From IMG/VR virus record IMGVR_UViG_3300017963_000190, positions 186,001 to 250,000 of that record: a DNA stretch of 64,000 nucleotides. One strand, 5' to 3'. Both the position numbers and the translations under genes were made by a program. Each line of letters opens with the position of its first letter. The stretch's first letter is position 1. The notes beneath the pieces are model-generated. The model had not been told where the DNA came from, did no database searches, and saw nothing but the letters and a program-made list of their open reading frames with translations. Below, piece by piece: positions 43,852 to 52,602 of this stretch.

Positions 43852-44541
43852 CTATTTTGATCCGGCTTCCAGAAGAGTCACCAGAATAGTCGCCCCGCCA
43901 CCTCCCATCGTAGGTCCTTGGTACTGGCACGGCACGTCTGGCTTGTACTGAGTGCCTCCCTTGCATCCATCCTTCCCCGGTTTCTGTCCACACGGTGGGC
44001 TCTTGCGTGCCACGCAGACATCACATCCTAGCGGGAATACGCCGTAGAGCTTCTCATTTCCCTTGGAGCTCATGACAGGTCCGAAGGTGAACGTTCCCTT
44101 GGCATTCTTGACCGACATCACGAGGGGCAAGTTGAAGCCGTCTACCAGGCTGATGTCCAGGATGTCGTACCATTTGGGGTTGTTGATGTTGAGCTCAGCT
44201 TTGGTGCTGCCGCAGCCCACAGGAGCTCCGAAGGCGATCGTCGCGTTCAGGTACTTCCCGCCGAGAGGGAGATTCTGAGATTTCTTTTTGGGCAGAGTGA
44301 AACCGCATTTCAAGGCTGCTGATGGTGTGCAGAATGTTTTCCAGTCGGCCGCCACTATTTTTGAGTCCGACCCAAACGACACGTACACTTTGGTATCGGC
44401 GCCTGTGCTGTTCAGCAGTGTTGCTGTAGTAGGCGTTCCAGATTTTACGGGGGCTTCCTTTTTCTGAGGCTTTTCCTTGCACGCTACCGCTAACGGTAGT
44501 AGCATAGCAAAGAGAAACGCGAGAAAGCGGTATTGCTTCAT
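43852..44541 (-). CDS. Thaumatin-like lipoprotein
   Basis: AVAC lipobox; TKAE and DISLVDGFNLP thaumatin motifs. Confidence 0.75.
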   Translation of the reverse strand: MKQYRFLAFLFAMLLPLAVACKEKPQKKEAPVKSGTPTTATLLNSTGADTKVYVSFGSDSKIVAADWKTFCTPSAALKCGFTLPKKKSQNLPLGGKYLNATIAFGAPVGCGSTKAELNINNPKWYDILDISLVDGFNLPLVMSVKNAKGTFTFGPVMSSKGNEKLYGVFPLGCDVCVARKSPPCGQKPGKDGCKGGTQYKPDVPCQYQGPTMGGGGATILVTLLEAGSK

Positions 44542-44633
44542 TGTACTGTCCTTTTGTGGTGGATGTTTCAGTTGAGTAGATTTAATCAAGATCGGCGGCT
44601 GGAAAAGCGCCGCGCGTCTTGTAAAATTCACAG

Positions 44634-45197
44634 ATGGACAACGATTCGTGGTGGGAGCAGTGGTGGAAGACTGATGGAGGCAAAATGCTGACGCAACGAG
44701 AACTGCAGGACAAAATTCTTACTATGCTTCCTACCTACCGTAGGGAGCTACAGAAGATGGAGAATCGTTTAATTACTTGTGGAGCGGTCGACCGTCACTT
44801 TGTGAGCGAGAGCTTCACAAGGGTTGGCATCCACATTTTTGGAGAGGCTTCAGAAGGCCATAACGCTCCCATCGATTATCTTCCCCATGACCACCAGCTG
44901 TACATTATCCGAGCGGAGGTTTCTCCTGTATCAGATGGAGACGCTTTCATGATTAAGGGTAAAGGCAACGAGAGCTGTCCGCTTTGTGGCAAACCTATTC
45001 CGGTGCAGCTCAAGGAAGCTCTGGTACCACAGGATCTAGTGCTTGTGGGATGTCCTGTGCTTAAGGAGGGGGAAATAGTTATCGACGTGTTACCTATTTT
45101 CTCTCCTACCTTGGTCAAGGACGCTATCAGCGTGTGTCTTAACCTTCCTCATCAGCGCAGTAAAAATCCGATGACGCGAGTGTCTCGGCTGCTCTAG
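44634..45197 (+). CDS. Hypothetical protein
   Basis: ATG 5 nt after the CTTGTAAAAT motif. Confidence 0.6.
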   Translation: MDNDSWWEQWWKTDGGKMLTQRELQDKILTMLPTYRRELQKMENRLITCGAVDRHFVSESFTRVGIHIFGEASEGHNAPIDYLPHDHQLYIIRAEVSPVSDGDAFMIKGKGNESCPLCGKPIPVQLKEALVPQDLVLVGCPVLKEGEIVIDVLPIFSPTLVKDAISVCLNLPHQRSKNPMTRVSRLL

Positions 45198-45200
45198 GAG

Positions 45201-45485
45201 ATGCGCATGGATTACCCTGAACGAAATATAACAGAAAAAGACTTAATCCGTTCTGCGGTGCTGGCCTGCAAAAGCTATTACAGCGGTGGCCCGGATCCAA
45301 CCACCGGCACCTACCTTTTCACATCGGCCACTTTTTCCAACGCCTTCAACAAGGTGACCGGCATCAAGGGTCCTATAGACGGCCTCATCGTACAAGCGAT
45401 GCTCTGCGGGCGCGATTGGGTAATAGAGCTGCCCAAGAATTACTGGCAGCTCACAGAAGCAATTCTCATGGAGCACATTCTATGA
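45201..45485 (+). CDS. Hypothetical protein
   Basis: Co-oriented ORF. Confidence 0.5.
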   Translation: MRMDYPERNITEKDLIRSAVLACKSYYSGGPDPTTGTYLFTSATFSNAFNKVTGIKGPIDGLIVQAMLCGRDWVIELPKNYWQLTEAILMEHIL

Positions 45486-45874
45486 CGATATCCAAGAAGA
45501 TGCCAAAGCATAAAAAAGGCTGCGCGTTTCTGGAAGACCCTGATCAGCTGTGCACCTGCAACGCCAAGTATCTGGGAAAACCCTTTGCGCATTGGCAAAC
45601 GCGGGCGCAGGAGCTCGTAATGGACACGCTTTTGCGTGGTGTGTACCAGTATCAAGATCCGGACGAGCTGTTCTGCCTGCCTCGGCATCTTGCTTCCCGG
45701 AAACTGTTCCAGCTGGCTTACTCCGTAGATCCCGCCATTCTGCGCAAAACTGCTGATGAACATACTCGTTGTGCGGCCGGGTTCGTGTCCATCATGGCGG
45801 AAATAACCGAGGGCAAGTGGCTTCCATACTTTGATCCTGCGACTTGTGGGCTGCCAGATAAGCGCAAAGCTTGA
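45482..45874 (+). CDS. Hypothetical protein
   Basis: ATGA overlap; H...C...CTC. Confidence 0.55.
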   Translation: MTISKKMPKHKKGCAFLEDPDQLCTCNAKYLGKPFAHWQTRAQELVMDTLLRGVYQYQDPDELFCLPRHLASRKLFQLAYSVDPAILRKTADEHTRCAAGFVSIMAEITEGKWLPYFDPATCGLPDKRKA

Positions 45875-46015
45875 CAACGTCTTGCAGCTTGCTTAAACTG
45901 TTCGTGCTGTGGGTCTGAGACTAAAAATCTTCCTCGTGGTGAGGAGGTGAGTGGAGTCAAGGCGCAAGCGGGCAGCTTTAAGTAAGCCCCGGCCCACACA
46001 ATTTTGAGCACAAAA

Positions 46016-46132
46016 ATGCTGACCTGGCCATGTCCCAAATGTTATCTGCGTGACCTCGTTGAGCTCAGGGACGGTTATTGGTGCCGCCATTGCGGACACT
46101 ATATTCCTTATGATTTCGAGGAAGAGAAATGA
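46016..46132 (+). CDS. 38-aa Zn-ribbon microprotein
   Basis: CPKC...WCRHCG; ATGA overlap with the next gene. Confidence 0.55.
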   Translation: MLTWPCPKCYLRDLVELRDGYWCRHCGHYIPYDFEEEK

Positions 46133-46707
46133 CTGTTTGGTTCACGAGCGATTGGCACCTCTTCCACGATAATATCCTGAAGCTTGTCCCACGTCCGTTC
46201 AAGAACGTGCAGCAGATGCATAGTGTCATCTTGGCGAACTACCGGTCGTGTGTGCGCGAGGGCGATGTGGTGCATTTTCTTGGGGACCTGACTCTGCGCG
46301 GCCCCTCTGGCATCGAGGCAGTTCGCAGGCTCGTGGGGGGTTTACCTGGCACCAAGCATTTCGTCCTGGGTAATCACGATCGCTTAAAAGTGCAGAGCCT
46401 TTTGAAAATGGGCTTTGCCAGCGTGCACTCCTCATTGGTGTTACGCCATGGATCGTGTCAATATTTACACGTGCACGATCCGGATGAGGATCTGAACACA
46501 GGTTGGTCGTACGCACCGCGTATCATCTGTGGGCATGTACACGAGAAATGGAGGTACCGTGCTGAGCCTCGACCAGCAGTGAACGTAGGTGTGGACGCCT
46601 GGGGCTTTCAGCCAGTGCGCAGGCATACCGTGATGACTCTATTCGACAACCCACCTGACAGCTTTCGCAGGATGCTTGTGGGCAACGCAGCTGACTTTGC
46701 GGCGTGA
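46129..46707 (+). CDS. Calcineurin-like metallophosphoesterase
   Basis: SDWH, LGD, GNHD, GHVH, NVGVD. Confidence 0.9.
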   Translation: MTVWFTSDWHLFHDNILKLVPRPFKNVQQMHSVILANYRSCVREGDVVHFLGDLTLRGPSGIEAVRRLVGGLPGTKHFVLGNHDRLKVQSLLKMGFASVHSSLVLRHGSCQYLHVHDPDEDLNTGWSYAPRIICGHVHEKWRYRAEPRPAVNVGVDAWGFQPVRRHTVMTLFDNPPDSFRRMLVGNAADFAA

Positions 46708-46711
46708 TCTC

Positions 46712-47179
46712 ATGACCGACGATTGGAAAGAAAGGGCAGCTTCTATTTTGCTTCCTGGAGAAGTGATCCAGGAGCCTGAGAAGCCTAAACCAAAGAAAAT
46801 CAAGCGTAGTAAGAAGAAGCAAAGTTCTAAGCGGGTGCCTACAAAGGGTGTTTTTTCTTACGAGTATAATGAGAGCGATGATGGTCTTCTTATTAAGGGC
46901 CTTCAGCGAGCGCTAGACGTACCAGCGGATGGTATAATCGGGCCTCGTACACTAACTGCCTGGAAGAATGCCTATGATGCAGATGGCGTTTTTATGGTGA
47001 AGAACAACACAAATGCCGCAGTTATTTTGCCTGGCGTAGAGATTACGTTGGATCCTTTTGAGGAACGTATAATTGTAGTACCCAGTTCTGTGTGGCAGAA
47101 CGATAATTTACTTGCAATGGTACGGAGAGCTTACATCAGCATTGCTCCAGTTCCTGTACCAGAAAAATGGTGGCTATAG
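46712..47179 (+). CDS. Peptidoglycan-binding-domain protein
   Basis: LQRAL...DGIIGPRT. Confidence 0.65.
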   Translation: MTDDWKERAASILLPGEVIQEPEKPKPKKIKRSKKKQSSKRVPTKGVFSYEYNESDDGLLIKGLQRALDVPADGIIGPRTLTAWKNAYDADGVFMVKNNTNAAVILPGVEITLDPFEERIIVVPSSVWQNDNLLAMVRRAYISIAPVPVPEKWWL

Positions 47180-47218
47180 CTCAGTTGGTTAGAGCGCTGG
47201 TTTGTGGCATCAGAGGTC
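47169..47218 (+). pseudogene. 5' two-thirds of interrupted tRNA-His(GTG)
   Basis: G-1, gtggcta, D arm, tt-GTG-gc loop, aggtc; T arm absent; 3' piece at 47935-47950. Confidence 0.8.
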
Positions 47219-47248
47219 ATTAAAACTCTTGACGGCCACCCTTATTAT

Positions 47249-47321
47249 GGTACCATTGGTGTAGCGGTCTGCACGCTAGATTGTGGTCCTAGAAGCATCA
47301 GTTCGACTCTGATATGGTACC
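47249..47321 (+). tRNA. tRNA-His(GTG), intact
   Basis: G-1:C73; cloverleaf. Confidence 0.85.
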
Positions 47322-47326
47322 TTTAC

Positions 47327-47932
47327 CTGCCTTCAAAGAAAAACATCCCACGCGTTTGTGAGTTTTGTGGATCGGATTTTTTGGCGCGAATAACGGAAAT
47401 TCGTCGAGGTAAAGCTCGTTTTTGTAGCCGATCTTGTGCGGCACGAAGCAAGCCACCTGTTTTGGCAGGAGCCACTGGTCCGGCAAACCCAAATTGGCGG
47501 GGTGGTGTAATATGCTCCAGTGCTGGGTACCACTATGTTCGTATGCATGAGCACCCACGGGCCACCAATAATGGCTATGTAAAGCGGGCTGACTTGGTCA
47601 TGGAAGAGGTTTTAGGGAGGGAGCTTCTTCCAGATGAAATTGTGCATCATAAAAATGAAGACAAAGGCGACGATTCGCCAGAAAATCTGGAGGTAATAAC
47701 TTACTCCGCGCATTCTTCCCTGCACGGGAAAGCCCGTGGTAAAAAACCTGTTGAGCAAAAATCAGATCACCCAACTAATCGCCGTTATGAATGGCCTGCG
47801 GATGAGATACTTTTGCAATGGCGACGTAACGCGTCTTTACGTGAAATAGCGGCGGAGATGGGATGTAGCCATAAGAGTGTAGATAGACGCATAAAGAAAA
47901 TACAAAAACGGGGCAAAAGGCAGCTTTGGTAG
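47327..47932 (+). CDS. HNH homing endonuclease (probable CTG start)
   Basis: CEFC...FCSRSC, NPNWRGG, VHHKNEDKGDDSPENL, C-terminal HTH. Confidence 0.8.
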   Translation: MPSKKNIPRVCEFCGSDFLARITEIRRGKARFCSRSCAARSKPPVLAGATGPANPNWRGGVICSSAGYHYVRMHEHPRATNNGYVKRADLVMEEVLGRELLPDEIVHHKNEDKGDDSPENLEVITYSAHSSLHGKARGKKPVEQKSDHPTNRRYEWPADEILLQWRRNASLREIAAEMGCSHKSVDRRIKKIQKRGKRQLW

Positions 47933-47979
47933 CTAATCCGACTAGCCACCCTACCTTGTAAAATATTGAAGAGGAATTA

Positions 47980-48363
47980 ATGATGGAGAAACATATCCTG
48001 CGAAAATTTAAGCTCGATGCTAAGACGGCGGCGCACACTCCCGATGCGCGTGTGGGGGAATGGGTAGTGTGCATCCCAGACGAAGACTGGATATGCCCTG
48101 GGTGCGGTTGCGGTAATGAGGGCGGTGATGGTTTGTATTCTGATGACGATAGGGAATCCGTCGGGGATATTGATAGTCTCATCTTCTACTACGATGAGCT
48201 TTTACTGTGTAGTAAGTGTGAGTGGGAAGGTGCCGCTGGAACTTTGTACAACTTAGCAATGAAAGCCAAGGACATGGTTCAGTGCCCGTGCTGCAAAGGT
48301 GATGGAAGTGTGCGCAGTAAAAAAGCAGCAGAGTACAAGAAGCTAAAGAAGAGGAAGTCATGA
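47980..48363 (+). CDS. Cys-rich Zn-binding protein
   Basis: CPGC, CSKC, CPCCKGDG. Confidence 0.6.
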   Translation: MMEKHILRKFKLDAKTAAHTPDARVGEWVVCIPDEDWICPGCGCGNEGGDGLYSDDDRESVGDIDSLIFYYDELLLCSKCEWEGAAGTLYNLAMKAKDMVQCPCCKGDGSVRSKKAAEYKKLKKRKS

Positions 48364-48866
48364 GCAACGATGGAGACTTCGAGGGGAGGATCGTTCCTTT
48401 CCAAGCTTTGATGAAGGGGCGTGGTCCTGATACCGTTGTCCGTTTTCTCACCAAGGAGCTCTACACAGAAATCCAGTGCAGGGTGATGGAAGACAAGTAC
48501 TGGCGTCAGGTGGAGCATGCTAGGGAAAAAGGCCACCAGCCTAGTCAGTTGCTGATACAGAAACTAGAAGCCCTCAACCGCTGCGAGACGCTGGACGAGT
48601 TTGCCTACTGGCTTCAGGACCAAAGCGGCCGGGCGATGCTGGTGTGCAACGCGTGTGGGAGGGTGGATGTGGAGGAGGTGCTGGAGATCAAAGAAAACGG
48701 AGAGCGCCGCCGCCTTTGTACATCCTGCTGCCACAGCCTGGGGCTCCTGGAGATCTACTCTGGGGCAAAGGCTTTGATGCCAGTTGATCGCGTGGTTCGA
48801 CAAAAGGACCCCAATATCATCGATGTTGAAGCAACGGTTATTGATGTTGAGGTAGACGAGGACTAG
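48360..48866 (+). CDS. Hypothetical Zn-binding protein
   Basis: CNACG...LCTSC. Confidence 0.6.
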   Translation: MSNDGDFEGRIVPFQALMKGRGPDTVVRFLTKELYTEIQCRVMEDKYWRQVEHAREKGHQPSQLLIQKLEALNRCETLDEFAYWLQDQSGRAMLVCNACGRVDVEEVLEIKENGERRRLCTSCCHSLGLLEIYSGAKALMPVDRVVRQKDPNIIDVEATVIDVEVDED

Positions 48867-48867
48867 T

Positions 48868-49227
48868 ATGCCTGAAGCTAAGAAAGAGGTCATCTGGGTT
48901 ATGTGTCCCAGCTGTGGGGCAGTTGCATTATCTGACGATGGGCATATCCCAAACAACTGGCCAGCGCCGGAAATAGAATATACTTCCACAGGTAGGTTTA
49001 GGCGATTATTACGCAAGGGGCGTTATATTGCCGAGCAGCATTTCATGGCGTGTAATATCTGCATGGAGTTCGTTTGCCCCACATGCTTAACCGATCATGA
49101 AGGCAATCTGATGGAATGGTGCATTGCCTGCGAGACAAAAGAAAAAGGGTTGCGTGTAGACCACCCGGATCCACGGTTGCGCATCGACGCCGTTTCTTTG
49201 ACCCTTTTACGGGAGAAGTATAAATGA
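48868..49227 (+). CDS. Hypothetical Zn-binding protein
   Basis: Four CxxC pairs. Confidence 0.6.
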   Translation: MPEAKKEVIWVMCPSCGAVALSDDGHIPNNWPAPEIEYTSTGRFRRLLRKGRYIAEQHFMACNICMEFVCPTCLTDHEGNLMEWCIACETKEKGLRVDHPDPRLRIDAVSLTLLREKYK

Positions 49228-49641
49228 TGACAGCTGAAGAATTCGCAGCCTTATATATTCTTACGGTTGCTTCAAGCCTGCAGAAATATACCCAGCAGAC
49301 TACTCCTGGCATGAAAGCGCAAAGTGTGGAGGAGACGTTCGACCGCATGCGCATAGAGGGCTACGTGGTTGTGCGCCAGGAAGACGCTGGTTCTCCCTGC
49401 TGAGGGATGCGTGCCTGTGCTCATACGGTTATTGAGAAAGAGTTGGGATTGCCGCCACCGGATGAGGTGTACCCACTAAAAGATATGGACCTCTCTGGCG
49501 TGTGGGAGCGTGTGCGCAAGCGAATAGCAGACGGCACCATCTAGACTTGACAACGACACCAATCTGGCTATAGTACCATTGTTATGTTGATGAACTTCCA
49601 CAGAGTGCGCTTGAAACCCATGGCCCAGAACTCAATTTTCT

Positions 49642-49713
49642 GGGTCGGTGGTGTAAAGGTTGCACAACGGACTTTTAATCCGTCCGGAGCAGGTTCGATT
49701 CCTGTCCGGCCCA
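49642..49713 (+). tRNA. tRNA-Lys(TTT)
   Basis: acgga-ct-TTT-aa-tccgt. Confidence 0.85.
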
Positions 49714-49729
49714 TTTCTTGAGGTGACGT

Positions 49730-50341
49730 TTGTCCTCATTCAAGCCACACGATCTTGAACGTACGCCACTCAAGGTGAGCAGTCAAGGGTTCGTGTTGGC
49801 TGAATGCCCCAAGCACCCGTATGCGTGGAAGCGAGATGGTTGCGTGCATTTTCACCGGTTGGTGATGGAGAACCATCTTGGACGGTACCTTCGCGAAGAT
49901 GAGTTCGTATTCCACAAAGACGAGGACAGAAAAAATAACGATATAGAGAATCTGAGAATCGTTATCCGGTCTCCGGCAACACGGGTGTACAAACCAAGGA
50001 GCGCACCACCGAAGAGGATTTGTGGTGTGTGCAAGGAGGGGTTTCGTCCGGAGTGGCTGGAGTGCAAAGCGAACTACAGCGATTCTAAGTACTGCTCGGA
50101 TTTTTGCCGAGCAGAAGCCAAAAGGAGCGCTAAGAAAAAGGCGCACGCGGTAGGAAGGGACTTCAAGAAAATCGAACCACCCAGTCGCGAAGAGCTGGCG
50201 GCTTTGATTTGGGAGTATCCATCAACCAAGCTTGCTGAAAAGTTTGGTGTGTCCGACCGCACCGTCGGCAACTGGTGCAAGAGGTATGGGATAGATAAAC
50301 CACCACGAGGATACTGGGCCTCGATAAGGTCTAGGCAGTGA
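49730..50341 (+). CDS. HNH homing endonuclease-like protein with Zn finger and HTH
   Basis: HRLVMENHLGRYL...VFHKDEDRKNNDIENL; PPRGYW. Confidence 0.8.
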   Translation: MSSFKPHDLERTPLKVSSQGFVLAECPKHPYAWKRDGCVHFHRLVMENHLGRYLREDEFVFHKDEDRKNNDIENLRIVIRSPATRVYKPRSAPPKRICGVCKEGFRPEWLECKANYSDSKYCSDFCRAEAKRSAKKKAHAVGRDFKKIEPPSREELAALIWEYPSTKLAEKFGVSDRTVGNWCKRYGIDKPPRGYWASIRSRQ

Positions 50342-50350
50342 AAATTATCT

Positions 50351-50417
50351 GGGTCGCGATCTGGGATCAGAGAGGGCTCCAACCCCTCCCAGCCGGGTTC
50401 AATTCCTGGGCGACCTG
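50351..50417 (+). tRNA. tRNA-Trp(CCA) with short D arm
   Basis: gaggg-ct-CCA-ac-ccctc; G73. Confidence 0.75.
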
Positions 50418-50419
50418 TC

Positions 50420-50690
50420 TCGGTGCTTAAGGTAAACGCGTGACCTATCTATCGCAGCGGGCGCCAAAGCTGCTGTAGGAGCATCGTGAAATCGGTCCTT
50501 CGATAAGGGGAAAGAAGGATCGAGGGTGTGGGATACCGAGTCGGTGGGCCCCCTCGGTTAGTATCTGTTGCCGCTCTTGTGTGGCAGGTACTAGCCCATT
50601 GCAGCCGTTGGTACCCTGAAGATGGGCTACAGGGTCCGGTCCACTGCCCCGAGTATCTAAAACGATGCGTGGAGCCCTCTCCCACACCCA
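50420..50690 (+). ncRNA. Candidate highly structured RNA
   Basis: No credible ORF; 10-bp closing stem, nested hairpins, pseudoknot. Confidence 0.45.
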
Positions 50691-50694
50691 CCTT

Positions 50695-50768
50695 GGGCGA
50701 TTAGCTCAGCCTGGAAGAGCGCTGTCTTGACTCGGCAGATGTCACAGGTTCAAGTCCTGTATCGCCCA
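50695..50768 (+). tRNA. tRNA-Val(GAC)
   Basis: Cloverleaf. Confidence 0.9.
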
Positions 50769-50770
50769 GA

Positions 50771-50944
50771 GGGGCTAAGAGCCCCTACTCAGGACCTGGT
50801 CCAGTCTGAGGCTACCCAGGTGCCAGTGAGCCACGAGGCGGGTGCGCTGCGAGCTCGTGGATGACGCCTGGGATGTTGCAAGCGCACAGGCCGGTGCTCC
50901 GGTTGTCCGCCCGATATTTCTGGAGCACTCGACCACGGACCATT
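50771..50944 (+). ncRNA. Candidate structured RNA
   Basis: Several stems plus a gtgcgct/agcgcac pseudoknot. Confidence 0.4.
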
Positions 50945-50945
50945 A

Positions 50946-51018
50946 GGGCTTGTAGCTTAGTGGCTAAAGCGCACGCCTGATAAGCGTGAGATCGACGGTT
51001 CGAGTCCGTCCAGGCCCA
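50946..51018 (+). tRNA. tRNA-Ile(GAT)
   Basis: Cloverleaf. Confidence 0.9.
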
Positions 51019-51024
51019 CTTTGC

Positions 51025-51099
51025 GCGCCCGTAGCTCAGTTGGATCAGAGCATCGGTCTACGGAACCGAGGGCCGCAGGTTCGAGTCCTGCCGGGCGTA
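51025..51099 (+). tRNA. tRNA-Arg(ACG)
   Basis: Cloverleaf. Confidence 0.9.
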
Positions 51100-51114
51100 A
51101 AAGGAGGCTTACCA

Positions 51115-51279
51115 ATGGCCGATGAAGATCCGTATGAGGATACCCTTCCAGAAGTCAAGGACATGACAACGTTGGGGTTGCTTGACGAGCTCGCCACGTT
51201 CTATCCTGGGCTGGAAGATCAAGAAGCCTTTATTGAGCTCACACGCCGCATCAAATCCTCAGGGGCTGCCAATGCGTAA
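51115..51279 (+). CDS. Small acidic protein
   Basis: AAGGAGG RBS. Confidence 0.55.
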   Translation: MADEDPYEDTLPEVKDMTTLGLLDELATFYPGLEDQEAFIELTRRIKSSGAANA

Positions 51280-51508
51280 ACTATTACGACGTCTTTGGTG
51301 CCGCCTCCGCTTCCACGATCTGCAAATCGTTAAACACATTCACGGGGACATCAAGCACGGTACCCGTCTGCTGAAGTGCCGGAGGTGCGAGCGCCGCTTT
51401 GTGATGTCCGATCCCCACCGAGCCTTTTTCTGCTACTCCGACAATCCCATGTTCGCGCGAGACCTCATGAAGTTGTATGGGCTGCCAGCGGATGACTTGT
51501 ATGGATAA
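51272..51508 (+). CDS. Small Zn-binding phage protein
   Basis: LWC...H...CRRC. Confidence 0.55.
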   Translation: MRKLLRRLWCRLRFHDLQIVKHIHGDIKHGTRLLKCRRCERRFVMSDPHRAFFCYSDNPMFARDLMKLYGLPADDLYG

Positions 51509-51597
51509 TGCGGACCCGTTTCCACCTATCACTTTTCCTAAGTGTATTCTTGACACCAAGCCCCTCACTGGTTATATACTAGTAAAGGAGGTGCAGC

Positions 51598-52404
51598 ATG
51601 CCCTTCCAACCCTTCCTGATTAGCAAACAGAAACAGTTCACCAACGGGATCGTCTATGGCCTACGCACCGCGGATGGCTACCCTATCGAGGTCACCGATA
51701 CCTTCCTCCCCTGCTACACCAAAGATGCTGTTGGGCGCCGGCAGAACAAGCTGACGGGGGTTGGCGTAGGAGATCGTTACGAGCGTTGGATGGTAGGCGT
51801 ATCTGTGATGAGTGGCTGCCCCGTACGCTGCAAATTCTGCGCAACAGGTCAGCTTAAGAAGTGGCGTTCTCTCACCGCGCAGGAGATAGCTGCCCAGGTC
51901 CAGTTCATCCTGGAGCGCAACTTGCGCTACGATCCTGCTAAATCTTACGAGTTCAAAGTGAACTACACCCGTATGGGGGAGCCATTTCTCAACATTGAGG
52001 AAGTGATTCAAGCCATCCATTTGATCGACGAGCTTCTGCCAAACGTTGACGTACACCACTACATCTCCACTATTGGAATCGTCGGCTCAGACTTCGACTG
52101 GATCGCAGACAACGTCACTCTGCAACTCTCCCTTCACTCTCTCGACCCTGAACGCCGCAATTGGTTGATCCCCTACAAGAAGAAGCTCACCATCCCAGAG
52201 CTCGGCGACGTCAGAACGTACAGCGATCTGAAAACTACCCTCAACCTCACTCTGGTGGAAGAAGCCGACTTCGACATCGTGCGGCTGCAGAAATTCTTCC
52301 CTCCAGAGCACTTCTTCGTCAAGCTCAGTCCCATCAATCCAAACGAAACCTCAGAGAGACACGGCTTAGGTACCGGTGTTATCGACGAGGTTAATTTGCA
52401 TTAG
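51598..52404 (+). CDS. RlmN/Cfr-like radical SAM protein, C-terminally truncated
   Basis: GCPVRCKFCATG, LTAQEI, MGEP, STIG, LSLHS. Confidence 0.85.
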   Translation: MPFQPFLISKQKQFTNGIVYGLRTADGYPIEVTDTFLPCYTKDAVGRRQNKLTGVGVGDRYERWMVGVSVMSGCPVRCKFCATGQLKKWRSLTAQEIAAQVQFILERNLRYDPAKSYEFKVNYTRMGEPFLNIEEVIQAIHLIDELLPNVDVHHYISTIGIVGSDFDWIADNVTLQLSLHSLDPERRNWLIPYKKKLTIPELGDVRTYSDLKTTLNLTLVEEADFDIVRLQKFFPPEHFFVKLSPINPNETSERHGLGTGVIDEVNLH

Positions 52405-52418
52405 CGAGGAGGCACGCT

Positions 52419-52562
52419 ATGGATACCGACAAGATCAAAGAAGAACTGGAAGCTGCTGGGTATGACCACGCAGTAGCGATTGCGACCCAAGCTGAGGTGG
52501 AAGCGGGCGCTGCCTGTGGGCAGCTCAGCGTCATCACAGAGAGTGAGGAAGACCAGCAATAA
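52419..52562 (+). CDS. 47-aa peptide carrying the RlmN C-terminal AACGQL motif
   Basis: Own AGGAGG RBS; MDTDKIKEELEAAGYDHAVAIATQAEVEAGAACGQLSVITESEEDQQ. Confidence 0.85.
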   Translation: MDTDKIKEELEAAGYDHAVAIATQAEVEAGAACGQLSVITESEEDQQ

Positions 52563-52602
52563 GTGCTTGACAACGTCAAAGGGGCGTGCTTAACTTGCTG
52601 GC

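Larger units (their letters stand above)
47219..47934 (+). mobile_element. HNH endonuclease cassette carrying a replacement tRNA-His(GTG)
   Basis: Flanked by two pieces of a resident tRNA-His. Confidence 0.7.

Noticed and set aside
47204-47326. ORF-track N-terminus of the HNH protein
   Set aside because: Runs through two tRNA-His sequences; the real start is probably downstream
52392-52419. Programmed -1 frameshift joining the radical SAM ORF to the AACGQL peptide
   Set aside because: The overlap window is about 3 codons with no slippery heptamer, and the peptide has a strong SD; not fully excluded
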